Shown in pieces: positions 31,211 to 41,553 of a DNA stretch of 64,000 bases. How positions within the stretch are numbered: position 1 is the stretch's first letter; each line of letters starts with the position of its first letter. Origin of the DNA: Thermodesulfovibrionia bacterium (GTDB taxonomy: Bacteria > Nitrospirota > Thermodesulfovibrionia > JACRGW01); NCBI GenBank assembly GCA_919902995.1, contig CAKKSD010000050.1:14499-78498 (forward strand). The letters run 5' to 3'. The translations under genes were made by a program, and so were the position numbers. Under the pieces are notes generated by a model, which saw nothing but the letters and a program-made list of their open reading frames with translations, searched no databases and was not told the DNA's origin.

Positions 31211-32182
31211 TTACCATCCAATATTACCTGTAAAGAAGTAAATGGCTGTAAAGACAGAGATGGCAGCAATCCATCCCAGAAAGGCGATAATCAATGGTCT
31301 GGGTCCTTCTTCAATTACTGCTTCTAAATCGATTGAAAGGCCGATGCTTGCAATAGCGATACTGAATATAAAAGTAATAAAGGGTTCTATCTTTACGCTT
31401 AAGGTGTTTAGGTCTGGAATGATATTAAAGAGGATCGCTGTCAGAATGAATGTTAATATAAACCATGGTGTATAGTAGCTTTTTTCTTTTCTTACCTTTT
31501 TGTAGGTTAGGGATAGTGTAAGTGCGAGAGGGGCCAACATCGCTACCCTGAGTAGCTTTACCTGAAGGGCCTCTTTAAAGACCCCTAAGGCAGAGGCAGC
31601 CAGCTTTACCTGTCCGATCTGCTGTAATGTAGACCCACACAGAAAGGCATAAGCTTCTAAAGGAATTGAAAACCATCCCTGGATAACAGGATAAAAGATA
31701 ACACCTGTCAGGCCTACGATCGTGATGGATATCAGGGAAATTGAGGTCTCTTCCTTTCTGGCTGCTATTACAGGTGAAAGTACAACTATAGCAGATGCCC
31801 CGCATATCACTGAACCGCAGGCAATGAGCAGTCCTGTATTCTTCGATATTGAAAGTCTTCTTGAAAGCCAGAGTATAACTGTGAAGTAAATCGCTATCAA
31901 GAAGATTACTCTAAAGGAATTATAATAGGGTAGAAGGGTATAGAAATTTAATTGACTTCCGTATAAGGTAATCCCAAGAGGAATAAAGACTCTCGAAGCT
32001 AATTTTATCCCCTTTTCTACAGGTTCTCGTTCCCTGATGAGATTTCCCAGGATGATACCCAGAAGGATGGCAACAACCAGGGAATCGAGTGCTGGATGGA
32101 AACTCGAAAAAAGATAGGCGATTGTTGCTATAAAGACAGGAAGGGAAAGCCCTTTAATGTAGGATTTGATTGTATCATTCAC
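31211..32182 (-). CDS. YeiH/PSE-family membrane protein
   Basis: LIACGSVICGASAI, VKLLRV, about 10 TM helices. Confidence 0.85.
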   Translation of the reverse strand: MNDTIKSYIKGLSLPVFIATIAYLFSSFHPALDSLVVAILLGIILGNLIREREPVEKGIKLASRVFIPLGITLYGSQLNFYTLLPYYNSFRVIFLIAIYFTVILWLSRRLSISKNTGLLIACGSVICGASAIVVLSPVIAARKEETSISLISITIVGLTGVIFYPVIQGWFSIPLEAYAFLCGSTLQQIGQVKLAASALGVFKEALQVKLLRVAMLAPLALTLSLTYKKVRKEKSYYTPWFILTFILTAILFNIIPDLNTLSVKIEPFITFIFSIAIASIGLSIDLEAVIEEGPRPLIIAFLGWIAAISVFTAIYFFTGNIGW

Positions 32183-32196
32183 AGCAAGATACCTAA

Positions 32197-32526
32197 TTAT
32201 ATCCCTGCCTTATCTTTTTCCTTTATGAGTCGCTCTTTCTCCTTTTCCATTGCCTCTTTTCCCGCCTCTATAGCGGTAGTAATGATAGACTTTTTCTCTC
32301 CCATCAATCCCTTTCCTTCTTCGATTGCAGAATTTACTTTTTCTTTGATCTGATCTGCATACCGGGATGCCTTCTCCGTTACATCTTCAGTTAATCCCTT
32401 CAGTTTTTCCATCGTCTCTTTCCCTGACTGGGGAGCCAGGAGCAGGGCTAATCCAGCACCTATAGCCCCACCAAAAATAAATGCCATAAATACCGTTCCC
32501 GCAGAGAAACCTCTGTCATCTCCCAT
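32197..32526 (-). CDS. YtxH-domain protein
   Basis: FIFGGAIGAGLALLLAPQSGKET. AGGAGG RBS before ATG 32526. Confidence 0.85.
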   Translation of the reverse strand: MGDDRGFSAGTVFMAFIFGGAIGAGLALLLAPQSGKETMEKLKGLTEDVTEKASRYADQIKEKVNSAIEEGKGLMGEKKSIITTAIEAGKEAMEKEKERLIKEKDKAGI

Positions 32527-32917
32527 CTTTGTCACCTCCTTTTAAAAATCCCTTTAAGAAAACAATCAATCCCTTTCTGATACCGAATCCCAATGCGGTT
32601 AAAGTTATAAGTAATGTATTACCTGTGTTCCTTACGACTGAATTTATTGATTTGATGGTCTTTCCTGTATCTTCTATTATTTCCAGGAAGTTAAGCATCT
32701 TATCCACACCTTCCCTTGCCCCTGTAGAAATTCTATTAGCCTGAGAGGCAGTCTCTTTTAGTTCCTTTATGAGAGGTCCCAGGTTTTCTTCTGTATTATC
32801 AAAAAACCTCCTGACTGAGATGGCTGTTTTCTTCAACTCTTTAACCATAGGTATGAGATAAATTGTTAAGGCTAATAGAGCTATCGTAACCGTTACTGCT
32901 AAGATGTCATATAGCAA
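32516..32917 (-). CDS. DUF948/YtxG-like protein
   Basis: N-terminal TM helix plus coiled coil, directly upstream of the YtxH gene. Confidence 0.7.
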   Translation of the reverse strand: MLYDILAVTVTIALLALTIYLIPMVKELKKTAISVRRFFDNTEENLGPLIKELKETASQANRISTGAREGVDKMLNFLEIIEDTGKTIKSINSVVRNTGNTLLITLTALGFGIRKGLIVFLKGFLKGGDKDGR

Positions 32918-33034
32918 GATTTATTCCCTCAGAATATATCGATTACCTTTGAACTTTGAGCATTATATCTCTTTGAGAATGGATACTGTTAATTTATAGA
33001 CTATACCATATGGCTCTATACTTTTCAAATCGCT

Positions 33035-34000
33035 TTACAATCGTATCTCTATAAAGGAATTGTCCCTGAGGCTGCTTATCCATTCCCTGTATCTATTTTC
33101 AGCCTCCTTCTCTATAAGGACTTTTCTTATTTCCTCCTTGACCTCTTCTAAAGGTCTGTAGTTGCCTTCAGCCCTTTCCTCGATCTTGAGGATATGAACA
33201 CCGTCTGAAGTCCAGATAGGGTCACTCATCTCACCGCTTTTCAGTGAAAAAGCTATCTTTTCAAGTTCTGGTGTCATCTCTCCCTTTCTGAGGATTCCGA
33301 GACTGCCGCCAGAGCCTGCAGTAGGACCCTGCGAATAAACCCTTGCGAGTTCTCCAAAGTCATCCCCGCCCTTGAGTTTTTTCAGGATTCCTTCGAGGAT
33401 TACTTTAATTTCATCTCTTTCCTTTTCCCCTGCCTTCTCAGGGATTTTTAAGAATATATGGCTCGCCTTTACATGATCTATAAGGAGATAATCTTTCTTA
33501 TTATTTTCATAGAACAATGCTATATCCTTCTCGGCTATTACCACCTTTGATCTCACCTCATGGTTAAAAAGTTTAGTCATTATTAACTGATTCCTGAGCT
33601 GTTCTTCATATTCCTTAAGGGTCATATTTTCTTTTGCCAGAGCCTTTTCGAAGTTGGCATCATCGAGGGCGTTTTTCTTTTTTATTCCCTCAATGGCTTC
33701 CTTCACCTCCTCTTTTGAGACATTTATCCCCAGTCTCTTAGCCGTCTGGAGCTGAAGGCGCCTTTCTATAAGTTCCTTCAGGACCTCTTTTCTGAGTTTT
33801 TCTTCAACCTTCAGTTTTTTATCATCACCGATACCTTTCATGGCTTCCTTAGATTCGATGGAAACAATCTTCTCCAGCTCACCCAGTGTGATAATCTCGT
33901 TATTTACGATAGCCACAATCCTGTCAATCTCGATGCCACCATAAGAGGCTGTGACATAAACACAGAATATAGTTAATACAATCATAAAGATACTTTTCAT
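33035..34000 (-). CDS. SurA-like peptidyl-prolyl isomerase
   Basis: IDRIVAIVNNEIIT SurA-N domain. Parvulin ASHIF...FGELARVYS...GGSLG...GVHILKI. Confidence 0.88.
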   Translation of the reverse strand: MKSIFMIVLTIFCVYVTASYGGIEIDRIVAIVNNEIITLGELEKIVSIESKEAMKGIGDDKKLKVEEKLRKEVLKELIERRLQLQTAKRLGINVSKEEVKEAIEGIKKKNALDDANFEKALAKENMTLKEYEEQLRNQLIMTKLFNHEVRSKVVIAEKDIALFYENNKKDYLLIDHVKASHIFLKIPEKAGEKERDEIKVILEGILKKLKGGDDFGELARVYSQGPTAGSGGSLGILRKGEMTPELEKIAFSLKSGEMSDPIWTSDGVHILKIEERAEGNYRPLEEVKEEIRKVLIEKEAENRYREWISSLRDNSFIEIRL

Positions 34001-34024
34001 AAAACGGCTCCTTTAAATTGGATC

Positions 34025-34046
34025 TCCCCGCAGCAAACTGCGGGGA
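34025..34046. repeat. CCCCGCAG-N4-CTGCGGGG hairpin, IS200/IS605-end-like
   Basis: tccccgcagcaaactgcgggga, similar to the hairpins at 16687-16881. Confidence 0.45.
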
Positions 34047-34090
34047 ATCTTCGAAATGTGACGACAAAGCAAACTTATTTCTTCAGTCTC

Positions 34091-34858
34091 TTATCTCAAA
34101 TAAATCCCTCCCAGGTAATATATAAAATGTCCTGTTATAGTAAGGTTCTCCAAATCCCAGTTTTCTGGCAAAGGCCAGAATGGGTCAGAATTTTTAAGGG
34201 CCTGCAGCGCTGCATCATCCAGGACTTTATAACCAGAAGACCTCAGGAGTTGGGCATCTCCTAATCTTCCATTCTTAAGGATTGCGAACCTTATATAGAG
34301 TTCTCCGGAGAGATGATTCAATCTTGCCATTTCCGGGTATTTCCAGATGAACTCAATACGGCTTTTGAGCCTTTCGAGATAGGATAGATACTTAAATTCA
34401 TCAGTATCGAGGGTGATACTTTTTTCTTTCTTTTTTAAATATGTGTCCTCAAATTTTGCAAACTTATCGAGATCCTTGTCTGTCAGAAGCGGAAGTCCCC
34501 TTATGCCCTTTTCTGAAGGACTACGGAGTGGAGGAGCAGGGGTGACAGACGGATTTTGGGCGCCTGATTTTTCCGATCCACTGCCTTCTGATCTCTTATT
34601 CTCTCCAGATTTCTCTGAAAGGTTCTGCAGGGATGGCATTATGGAGTCAAGGATTCCTTTACTTTTTGACTTTGCAATAGGATTTGTCTCAGCCTCCCTT
34701 TCAGGGAAGTTGCCCAGAAATGGAAGTTCTACAATCCGCACATAGGTCGGTCTGAACTCTTCTACCTTTTTCTGGAAATTTAACCTGAAAACAACCAGAA
34801 GGAAAAGGTGTAGAATTAGTGAAAGGATAATAAAATATTTGAACTTAATGTCTTCCAA
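34091..34858 (-). CDS. TonB-family protein
   Basis: N-terminal TM (SLILH), linker, TonB-C WKYPEMAR...SSGYKVLDDAAL...PFWPLP. Confidence 0.85.
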   Translation of the reverse strand: MEDIKFKYFIILSLILHLFLLVVFRLNFQKKVEEFRPTYVRIVELPFLGNFPEREAETNPIAKSKSKGILDSIMPSLQNLSEKSGENKRSEGSGSEKSGAQNPSVTPAPPLRSPSEKGIRGLPLLTDKDLDKFAKFEDTYLKKKEKSITLDTDEFKYLSYLERLKSRIEFIWKYPEMARLNHLSGELYIRFAILKNGRLGDAQLLRSSGYKVLDDAALQALKNSDPFWPLPENWDLENLTITGHFIYYLGGIYLR

Positions 34859-34921
34859 AGAATGATCCCTTTAAGAATTATTCCTATAAGTAATGTAAAT
34901 TATACCATAAAGAATTTTTCC

Positions 34922-34950
34922 TTGACATATAAAAATAGATAAATTATTAT
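34922..34950 (+). promoter_or_regulatory. Sigma70 promoter for atpB-atpE
   Basis: TTGACA, 17 nt, TATTAT. Confidence 0.6.
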
Positions 34951-34989
34951 CCCCTCACTTTTGGGATCTATGAATTCTAATGTTTTAGT

Positions 34990-35676
34990 ATGGAAGAAGC
35001 GCCTTTAATATTCCATATAAATGGTGTCCCGCCTTATGTGACCTATTCCTGGGTTGCGATGGTTATTCTTATCGCCTTCTCTATCATTGTGAGGAAAAGA
35101 CTCGCACTCCTTCCTTCTGGAATTCAGAATGTTGCAGAGATTGCGATTGAGGGTCTCTATAACTTTACCGAGGGGAATATGGGCCATAGGGCTAACAGGA
35201 TTTTCTTCCCCTTAATAGGGACACTGGGTTTCTATATTCTTATATGTAATCTTATGGGCCTTGTACCTGGCTTTGAATCACCCACAAGTAATCTGAATAC
35301 GAATGCTGCCATGGCTGTCTGTGTGTTTCTTTCCACACATTTCCTCGGAATCAGGATCCATGGTTTAAAATACTTCGGACATTTTTTTGGACCAATAAGG
35401 TCCATACCGGCTATACCTCTTATGCTACTCATCTTCATTATCGAGATTATAGCCCATCTCGCAAGACCTGTCACCCTTTCTGTAAGGCTCTTCGGGAATA
35501 TGATCTCAAAACATATGATCCTTTTGATACTTGCTATACTTGTACCTATGATTTTACCAACTACCATCTTGGCTCTTGGTGTACTTGTGAGTGTGGTTCA
35601 GGCATTTGTTTTTCTCCTGCTGTCGACCCTTTATCTGGCAGGTGCCGCGGAGGCAGAAGAACATGAAGGAGATTAA
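34990..35676 (+). CDS. atpB: F0 ATP synthase subunit a
   Basis: NLMGLVPG, PTSNLN, ARPVTLSVRLFGN, VQAFVF. Confidence 0.95.
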   Translation: MEEAPLIFHINGVPPYVTYSWVAMVILIAFSIIVRKRLALLPSGIQNVAEIAIEGLYNFTEGNMGHRANRIFFPLIGTLGFYILICNLMGLVPGFESPTSNLNTNAAMAVCVFLSTHFLGIRIHGLKYFGHFFGPIRSIPAIPLMLLIFIIEIIAHLARPVTLSVRLFGNMISKHMILLILAILVPMILPTTILALGVLVSVVQAFVFLLLSTLYLAGAAEAEEHEGD

Positions 35677-35700
35677 ATTCCTACGGAAAGGAGGAGAATT

Positions 35701-36048
35701 ATGAAAAAAACCTTAATAGTAACCCTCATCTTCTTAATCCTTTTTAGTTTTATGTCACCCTTAGCCTTCGCTCAAGAGGCTGCTAAATCTGAAGGAACGA
35801 TTAGTTACTTTACTATGGCGGTATTGGCCTGCGGTTTGGCAATAGGTATTGCTGCCTTTGGAACGGGCATTGCTCAGGGCATAGGCATCGGGAAGGCTGT
35901 TGAAGGAATTGCACGTAACCCAGGTGCCTCGGGTAAGATTACGATGACCCTTGTTATCGGCCTTGCTATGATAGAATCCCTCGCAATATACGCCCTCGTA
36001 GTTGTATTGATTGTCTTTTTCCTTGATCCATTTAAGTTTCTCAAATAA
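35701..36048 (+). CDS. atpE: F0 ATP synthase subunit c with N-terminal extension
   Basis: GTGIAQG, ARNP loop, IESLAIY. Confidence 0.95.
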   Translation: MKKTLIVTLIFLILFSFMSPLAFAQEAAKSEGTISYFTMAVLACGLAIGIAAFGTGIAQGIGIGKAVEGIARNPGASGKITMTLVIGLAMIESLAIYALVVVLIVFFLDPFKFLK

Positions 36049-36053
36049 AGAAT

Positions 36054-36085
36054 AGGGCAGGGAAATTTCTCCCTGCCTTCCCTTT
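36054..36085 (+). terminator. Terminator after atpE
   Basis: GGCAGGGA/TCCCTGCC stem followed by a pyrimidine tract. Confidence 0.6.
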
Positions 36086-36129
36086 CCTTCCATTCTTGAT
36101 AAGATTCAGAAAGAATGTTATAGTTCACT

Positions 36130-36203
36130 GACAGGCGAGACGCCTGTCCTACTGATGCTAAAACAATCACCCATATTTGGGTAGGACGGCCGTCTCGGCT
36201 GTC
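36130..36203. repeat. GTAG-type REP pair
   Basis: gacaggcgagacgcctgtcctac at 36130-36152 and gtaggacggccgtctcggctgtc at 36181-36203. Confidence 0.7.
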
Positions 36204-36212
36204 TGTTTTTCT

Positions 36213-36294
36213 GTCATTCCCACGGAAGTGGGCATCCAGAGAATAAATATTTGCTGGAGCTTAATAACTGGATTCCTGCCTTCGCAGGAATGAC
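36213..36294. repeat. GTCATTCC...GGAATGAC palindromic mini-element
   Basis: gtcattcccacggaagtgggcatccag...ctggattcctgccttcgcaggaatgac. Confidence 0.85.
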
Positions 36295-36334
36295 GATATT
36301 ACTAAAGTCATTTGAAATAAATTAGAATGGTTTC

Positions 36335-37750
36335 ATGAATAAGAATGAAGTTCGTGTAAGATTTGCACCAAGCCCAACGGGACATCTCCATATCGGTGGG
36401 GTGAGGACTGCCCTGTTTAATTTTCTCTTCGCGAGACATCATGGGGGGAATTTCGTTCTAAGGATAGAAGATACAGACAGGAGCCGTTCTACAGAAGAAT
36501 CTATTGAGGCAATAATAGAAAGCATGAAATGGCTTGGACTTGAATGGGATGAAGGGCCCTACCTCCAGACAGAGAGACTGGATATTTACAGAGAAAAGGC
36601 AGAGGCCCTTCTAAGAGAAGGAAAGGCATACTACTGTTACTGTACACCTGAGGAACTCGATACAAGGAGGAAGGAGGCGATCACCTCAGGGAAGGTACCC
36701 AGGTATGACAGGAGATGTAAGAATCTCAAGTCACCCTTAGAGGGTAAGCCCCGTGCAATACGCTTTATTTCTTCAGATGAAGGACAGACAGTTGTTGACG
36801 ACCTTATCCGTGGAAGGGTAGTCTTTGATAATATCCAGCTCGATGACCTTATCATTCTCCGTTCTGACGGGTTTCCCACCTATAATTTCTCTGTTGTTGT
36901 CGATGATACCTCTATGGAGATAACCCATGTTATCAGAGGGGATGATCATCTCAATAATACACCGAGACAGATACAGCTCTATCATGGCCTCGGATATGAA
37001 CCACCAAGATTTGCCCACCTCCCTATGATCCTGGGCTCAGACAGGACAAGACTATCAAAAAGACATGGGGCTACATCAGTGATAGCGTATAAGGAAATGG
37101 GTTATCTCCCGGAGGCGATGCTTAACTACCTTGCACGACTCGGATGGTCATACGGTGACCAGGAGATATTCTCAAAGGAAGAACTGATAGAAAAGTTCTC
37201 TTTAGAGAATATAGGGAAATCGGCTGCAGTATTCAACCCTGAAAAACTTTTGTGGCTGAACAGCCAGTATATAATGAATGCCGACTCTGAAAAACTGGCC
37301 CGGATGGTGATTCCCTTTCTTATAAAAAAAGGAATCATTTCAGAAGGTGAGCCTTTCGACATGAAATGGCTGTCAAAGGCGGTCTTAACCCTTAAAGAGC
37401 GAGCAAAGACCATTGAAGAACTCTCAAAGTCCCTCAGATTCTATATTATCGAATATGTTGACTATGATGAAAAGGCAAAGACAAAATTTTTAAACCAGAA
37501 ATCTCGTGGCTTATTGATTGAACTCAGAGACAATCTTGAGTCCCTCACAGACTTTTCTGCGTCAGAGCTTGAAAATATATTCAAATCGATAATCGTGAAA
37601 CATAATATCAAGCTCGCATCCCTCGCCCAGCCTGTCAGAGTAGCCATCACAGGCGGAACAGAAAGCCCTGGGATCTTTGAGGTCCTCGAAATCGTGGGGA
37701 AGGAAAAGGTTATTAAGAGACTTGAGAAGGCGATAAAGGTAATCGGGTGA
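36335..37750 (+). CDS. gltX: Glutamyl-tRNA synthetase
   Basis: RFAPSPTGHLHIGG, RIEDTD, HVIRGDDH, LSKRHG. Confidence 0.96.
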   Translation: MNKNEVRVRFAPSPTGHLHIGGVRTALFNFLFARHHGGNFVLRIEDTDRSRSTEESIEAIIESMKWLGLEWDEGPYLQTERLDIYREKAEALLREGKAYYCYCTPEELDTRRKEAITSGKVPRYDRRCKNLKSPLEGKPRAIRFISSDEGQTVVDDLIRGRVVFDNIQLDDLIILRSDGFPTYNFSVVVDDTSMEITHVIRGDDHLNNTPRQIQLYHGLGYEPPRFAHLPMILGSDRTRLSKRHGATSVIAYKEMGYLPEAMLNYLARLGWSYGDQEIFSKEELIEKFSLENIGKSAAVFNPEKLLWLNSQYIMNADSEKLARMVIPFLIKKGIISEGEPFDMKWLSKAVLTLKERAKTIEELSKSLRFYIIEYVDYDEKAKTKFLNQKSRGLLIELRDNLESLTDFSASELENIFKSIIVKHNIKLASLAQPVRVAITGGTESPGIFEVLEIVGKEKVIKRLEKAIKVIG

Positions 37751-37807
37751 GGGTGGTCAACCACCCTACTAATTTTGATCGCTAGAGATAAATTAGTTTA
37801 ATCTTGA

Positions 37808-37841
37808 TTTACACATTACAATGTGTTATTTTTTGTGTAAA
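37808..37841 (+). promoter_or_regulatory. Inverted-repeat operator upstream of vapBC
   Basis: ACACATT-ac-AATGTGT and TTTACACA...TGTGTAAA, just before the AGGAGG RBS. Confidence 0.55.
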
Positions 37842-37853
37842 AGGAGGTGTAAC

Positions 37854-38051
37854 ATGGCGACTAATCTGGCATTGGACGACAAATTAATTATTCAGGCACA
37901 AAAGGCAGGACACCATAAGACTAAAAAGGAAGCTGTAACTACGGCGTTAAAGGAGTATATTGCACACAGAAAACAGATAGAGATTCTTGACCTGTTTGGC
38001 AAGATTGAATTTGATAAAACCTATGATTACAAAAAATCAAGGAAAAGATGA
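37854..38051 (+). CDS. vapB: VapB-family antitoxin
   Basis: MATNLALDDKLI...TKKEAVTTALKEY. RBS before ATG 37854. Confidence 0.85.
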   Translation: MATNLALDDKLIIQAQKAGHHKTKKEAVTTALKEYIAHRKQIEILDLFGKIEFDKTYDYKKSRKR

Positions 38052-38443
38052 AAATTCTTGTAGATACCTGTATCTGGTCTCAGGTGCTTCGGTATAAATC
38101 TCCTGATCCAGAATTACCATGTAAATTAAAGGATTTTATCACGGATGGTAGAGTAGTTATGATAGGCCCAATTCGTCAGGAAATACTATCCGGGATATCC
38201 GATACCTCTCAATTCAATAAATTAAAAGATTTTCTCTCAGCATTTGAAGATGTTGGTCTTAAAACTAAACATTTTATAAAAGCTGCGGAATTCAGTAACA
38301 TATGCCGTAATAAAGGTATCCAGGGATCAACGATAGATTTCTTAATATGTGCAGTTTCACATTTAGAAAATCTTATTATCTTTACAACTGATAAAGATTT
38401 TGAAAATTATAAAAGGTATTTACCCATAAAAGTAATTAAATAA
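38048..38443 (+). CDS. vapC: VapC PIN-domain toxin
   Basis: ILVDTCIW, QEILSG, IDFLI, TTDKDF acidic residues. ATGA overlap with vapB. Confidence 0.9.
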   Translation: MKILVDTCIWSQVLRYKSPDPELPCKLKDFITDGRVVMIGPIRQEILSGISDTSQFNKLKDFLSAFEDVGLKTKHFIKAAEFSNICRNKGIQGSTIDFLICAVSHLENLIIFTTDKDFENYKRYLPIKVIK

Positions 38444-38470
38444 AACCCCACAAGCTTCATCTGGTTAAAT

Positions 38471-40162
38471 ATGGAAAACAAGGAAAGACCTGTCGATTTT
38501 ATAAGGGAGATCATCAGGGAAGACCTGAAGAACGATAAGTATGACGGAATGGTTCATACGAGGTTTCCTCCTGAGCCAAACGGATATCTGCACATAGGAC
38601 ATGCAAAGTCCATATGCCTAAATTTTGGAATAGCAGGGGAATTCAATGGGCTCTGTAACCTCCGTTTCGATGACACAAATCCAACGAAAGAAGAGGTAGA
38701 ATATGTAGAATCCATAAAAAGGGATGTTTCCTGGCTCGGTTTTGACTGGCAGGAAAGAGAATATTATGCATCGGATTATTTTGAGAATCTCTATGAATAC
38801 GCAGTAGAGCTTATAAAAAAAAGCAAGGCCTATGTCTGTGACCTTAGCTCTGACGAGATAAGGGAGTACAGGGGAACCCTCATGGAAGCAGGGAAGGAGA
38901 GCCCCTACAGAAACCGTTCGGTTGAGGAAAACCTTGACCTCTTCGAGAGGATGCGTAAAGGAGAATTCCCTGACGGCTCACGAACCCTCAGGGCAAAGAT
39001 AGATATGAAGTCAGGGAATATCAACATGCGCGACCCTGTTATGTACAGGATCCTCCATGCAGAACACCATAGGACAGGGAATAAATGGTGCATCTATCCG
39101 ATGTATGACTATGCCCACTGTTTCTCCGATTCGATAGAAGGGATCACCCACTCGATCTGCACCCTTGAGTTCGAGGACCACCGCCCTCTGTATGACTGGT
39201 TTCTTGACCAGCTCGGTGTCTATCATCCACAGCAGATAGAATTTGCACGCCTCAATCTCAGCCATACTGTGCTAAGCAAAAGGAGACTCATCCAGCTTGT
39301 GCAGGAAGGCAACGTCAGAGGCTGGGATGACCCGAGGATGCCGACACTTTCCGGGCTAAGAAGGCGCGGATATACACCCGAAGCGATAAGAAACTTCTGC
39401 GACAGAATCGGTGTTGCAAAAAGGGATAGCACTGTGGACATGGCGCTCCTCGAATTCTGCCTGAGAGAAAACCTGAATAAGCGGTCACAGAGAGTGATGG
39501 CAGTACTGAAACCCCTGAAGCTCGTGATAGTAAATTATCCTGAGGGTCAGCCAGAAGAGCAGCCAGAGAATCAAGTTGAAGAACTCGATGCGATAAATAA
39601 CCCCGAGGATCCGAGCATGGGGACAAGAAAGATACCCTTCTCACGGGTGCTGTATATTGAACAGGATGATTTCCGTGAAGAACCACCGAAGGAGTTCTTC
39701 CGTCTTGCGCCTGGCAGAGAGGTAAGGCTCAGGTATGCCTATTTCATCAAATGCGTTGACGTCATAAAAGATAAAAACGGAGAGATTATCGAGCTTCACT
39801 GCACCTATGATCCTGCAACACGTGGCGGAGATTCCCCTGACAGACGGAAGGTCAAGGCAACGATTCACTGGGTCTCGGCCTCTCATTCCATCGAGGCAGA
39901 GGCAAGGCTCTACGACCACCTTTTTGCAGTACCTTCTCCCGGAGAAGATTTTAAGAAAGACCTGAATCCAAAATCTCTTGAGATTCTACTGTCATGCCAG
40001 GTCGAGCCTTATCTTGCCCATGCAAAACCAGGGGACATATACCAGTTTGAAAGGCAGGGGTATTTCTGTGTCGATCCCGATTCTTCAGGAGGGAAACTTG
40101 TATTTAACAGAGCCACCACCCTTCGCGACACCTGGGCGAAGATCGAGAAGAGACTGAAATAG
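38471..40162 (+). CDS. glnS: Glutaminyl-tRNA synthetase
   Basis: [43 protein letters not shown]. Confidence 0.96.
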   Translation: MENKERPVDFIREIIREDLKNDKYDGMVHTRFPPEPNGYLHIGHAKSICLNFGIAGEFNGLCNLRFDDTNPTKEEVEYVESIKRDVSWLGFDWQEREYYASDYFENLYEYAVELIKKSKAYVCDLSSDEIREYRGTLMEAGKESPYRNRSVEENLDLFERMRKGEFPDGSRTLRAKIDMKSGNINMRDPVMYRILHAEHHRTGNKWCIYPMYDYAHCFSDSIEGITHSICTLEFEDHRPLYDWFLDQLGVYHPQQIEFARLNLSHTVLSKRRLIQLVQEGNVRGWDDPRMPTLSGLRRRGYTPEAIRNFCDRIGVAKRDSTVDMALLEFCLRENLNKRSQRVMAVLKPLKLVIVNYPEGQPEEQPENQVEELDAINNPEDPSMGTRKIPFSRVLYIEQDDFREEPPKEFFRLAPGREVRLRYAYFIKCVDVIKDKNGEIIELHCTYDPATRGGDSPDRRKVKATIHWVSASHSIEAEARLYDHLFAVPSPGEDFKKDLNPKSLEILLSCQVEPYLAHAKPGDIYQFERQGYFCVDPDSSGGKLVFNRATTLRDTWAKIEKRLK

Positions 40163-40199
40163 AGCTACACTACCTTTTTCATGGAGGGTGCAGTAGCAG

Positions 40200-40961
40200 T
40201 TACAAAAAAGACTTGATCTTCTCGATACTCTTTTCCACAGCCTCTTTGCTTCGAACCTCTATGGTGAGGAGGGGCATATTCTGAAAGCCCTTTAGAAGTC
40301 TGAAGAAAAGGTCGAAATCCAGCTTCCCATCTCCAATAGCAAGATGTTCATCCTCAATCCCATTATTGTCATGAATATGAACTTCGATAAGGCGGTGGCC
40401 TAATCTATCAATCCATTCCTTGAGGGGTTTTTTTGAGAAAAGATGGAAGTGGCCTGTATCGAGACAGAATCCGAACCTGTCGGAGTCGATTTCCTTAATA
40501 AGATCTTCAATGGTTGCTGGATCTTCTTCAAAGACATTCTCTATGGCTATTGATGCTGTGGTTTTTCTGGCACTCTCGAGAACCTGGCTCCAGGTCTTTA
40601 AGCTATTCTCAAGCCACTGGTCTTCGTGTCCGTGAAATCGCCACATGTCATAACCGGGATGGAAAATAAGTACTTTTGGTTTGAAGACCTCTGCGATTTC
40701 TACTAAATGGAGGAATCTTTCGAGGGTAAGCCTCCTGACCTTTTCGTCCATACCTCCAGGGCTCATATCCATAAAAGGACCGTGGAGGGAGAGGTTGGGA
40801 TTCCAGTCAAGGGACCACTTGAGGTTATGGATATCTTTCCCGGAAATATTATCGAGGGCCAGGGAATCGAAATAGATCTCGAGATCTAACTTTCTTTCTC
40901 TCACATAATTGATATTTTCTAAGAGTTTTTTATAGGGAAGGTGTACATGTGCTCTGGGCAT
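40200..40961 (-). CDS. Sugar phosphate isomerase/epimerase (AP endonuclease 2 TIM barrel)
   Basis: HGPF, IENV, CLDTGH, HIHDN...DEHL, TIE. Confidence 0.8.
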   Translation of the reverse strand: MPRAHVHLPYKKLLENINYVRERKLDLEIYFDSLALDNISGKDIHNLKWSLDWNPNLSLHGPFMDMSPGGMDEKVRRLTLERFLHLVEIAEVFKPKVLIFHPGYDMWRFHGHEDQWLENSLKTWSQVLESARKTTASIAIENVFEEDPATIEDLIKEIDSDRFGFCLDTGHFHLFSKKPLKEWIDRLGHRLIEVHIHDNNGIEDEHLAIGDGKLDFDLFFRLLKGFQNMPLLTIEVRSKEAVEKSIEKIKSFL

Positions 40962-40983
40962 AGTTATTACCCATGTAACACCA

Positions 40984-41295
40984 TTACTTATTGACCTTTG
41001 CAGGTTCTTTTGGACCAGACTTTTCGGTCAGGGTGGATTTTGTTTCTTCCTTTGGCTTATCTTCCTTTGGCTTATCTTCCTTTGGCTTTTCTGATTCCAT
41101 TGCCTTTTTCCTTGCCTCAGAAGGGTAATCGGTAACATACCAGCCAGAGCCTTTCAGGACGAAACCGGTCTGGGATAGAACCTTCTTCAGTTCTCCAGAA
41201 CATTTACTGCATGTGCTCAAAGGCTCATCGCTAATCTTCTGGATAACCTCGAATCGATTTCCGCATTGGATACATTCATACTCATAGATAGGCAT
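40984..41295 (-). CDS. FmdB-family zinc ribbon protein
   Basis: [11 protein letters not shown]...CSKC...[10 protein letters not shown], with a KPKED tandem tail. Confidence 0.9.
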   Translation of the reverse strand: MPIYEYECIQCGNRFEVIQKISDEPLSTCSKCSGELKKVLSQTGFVLKGSGWYVTDYPSEARKKAMESEKPKEDKPKEDKPKEETKSTLTEKSGPKEPAKVNK

Positions 41296-41404
41296 AACGA
41301 AAAGATACTAACACAAGATATGAGTAATTTTCAAGATGTTTTTATAAATCTCTTTATCTTTTCCGCAGACTTTCTTATAATACAAAAAAGAGGGGTATTG
41401 AATT

Positions 41405-41494
41405 ATGAAAGAGATACTTTTCACCATTGGGTTTTTAGCAGTCTGGTATATCCTCCAGAGATATATACTTCCCAAACTGGGAATACCTACCTGA
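41405..41494 (+). CDS. 29-aa single-TM microprotein; 44 aa (to 41539) if the UGA is read as Sec
   Basis: GAGGGG RBS. MKEILFTIGFLAVWYILQRYILPKLGIPT-TGA, followed by a hairpin. Confidence 0.6.
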   Translation: MKEILFTIGFLAVWYILQRYILPKLGIPT

Positions 41495-41553
41495 GTGAAT
41501 AAAGAAAAAGGGAAGGGTTCCCTTTCTGATAGAGACTGAACGAGATCAAGGTT

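Noticed and set aside
39538..39575. Short in-frame tandem repeats in glnS ([12 protein letters not shown]), and KPKED in the FmdB gene
   Set aside because: Ordinary slippage in flexible regions.
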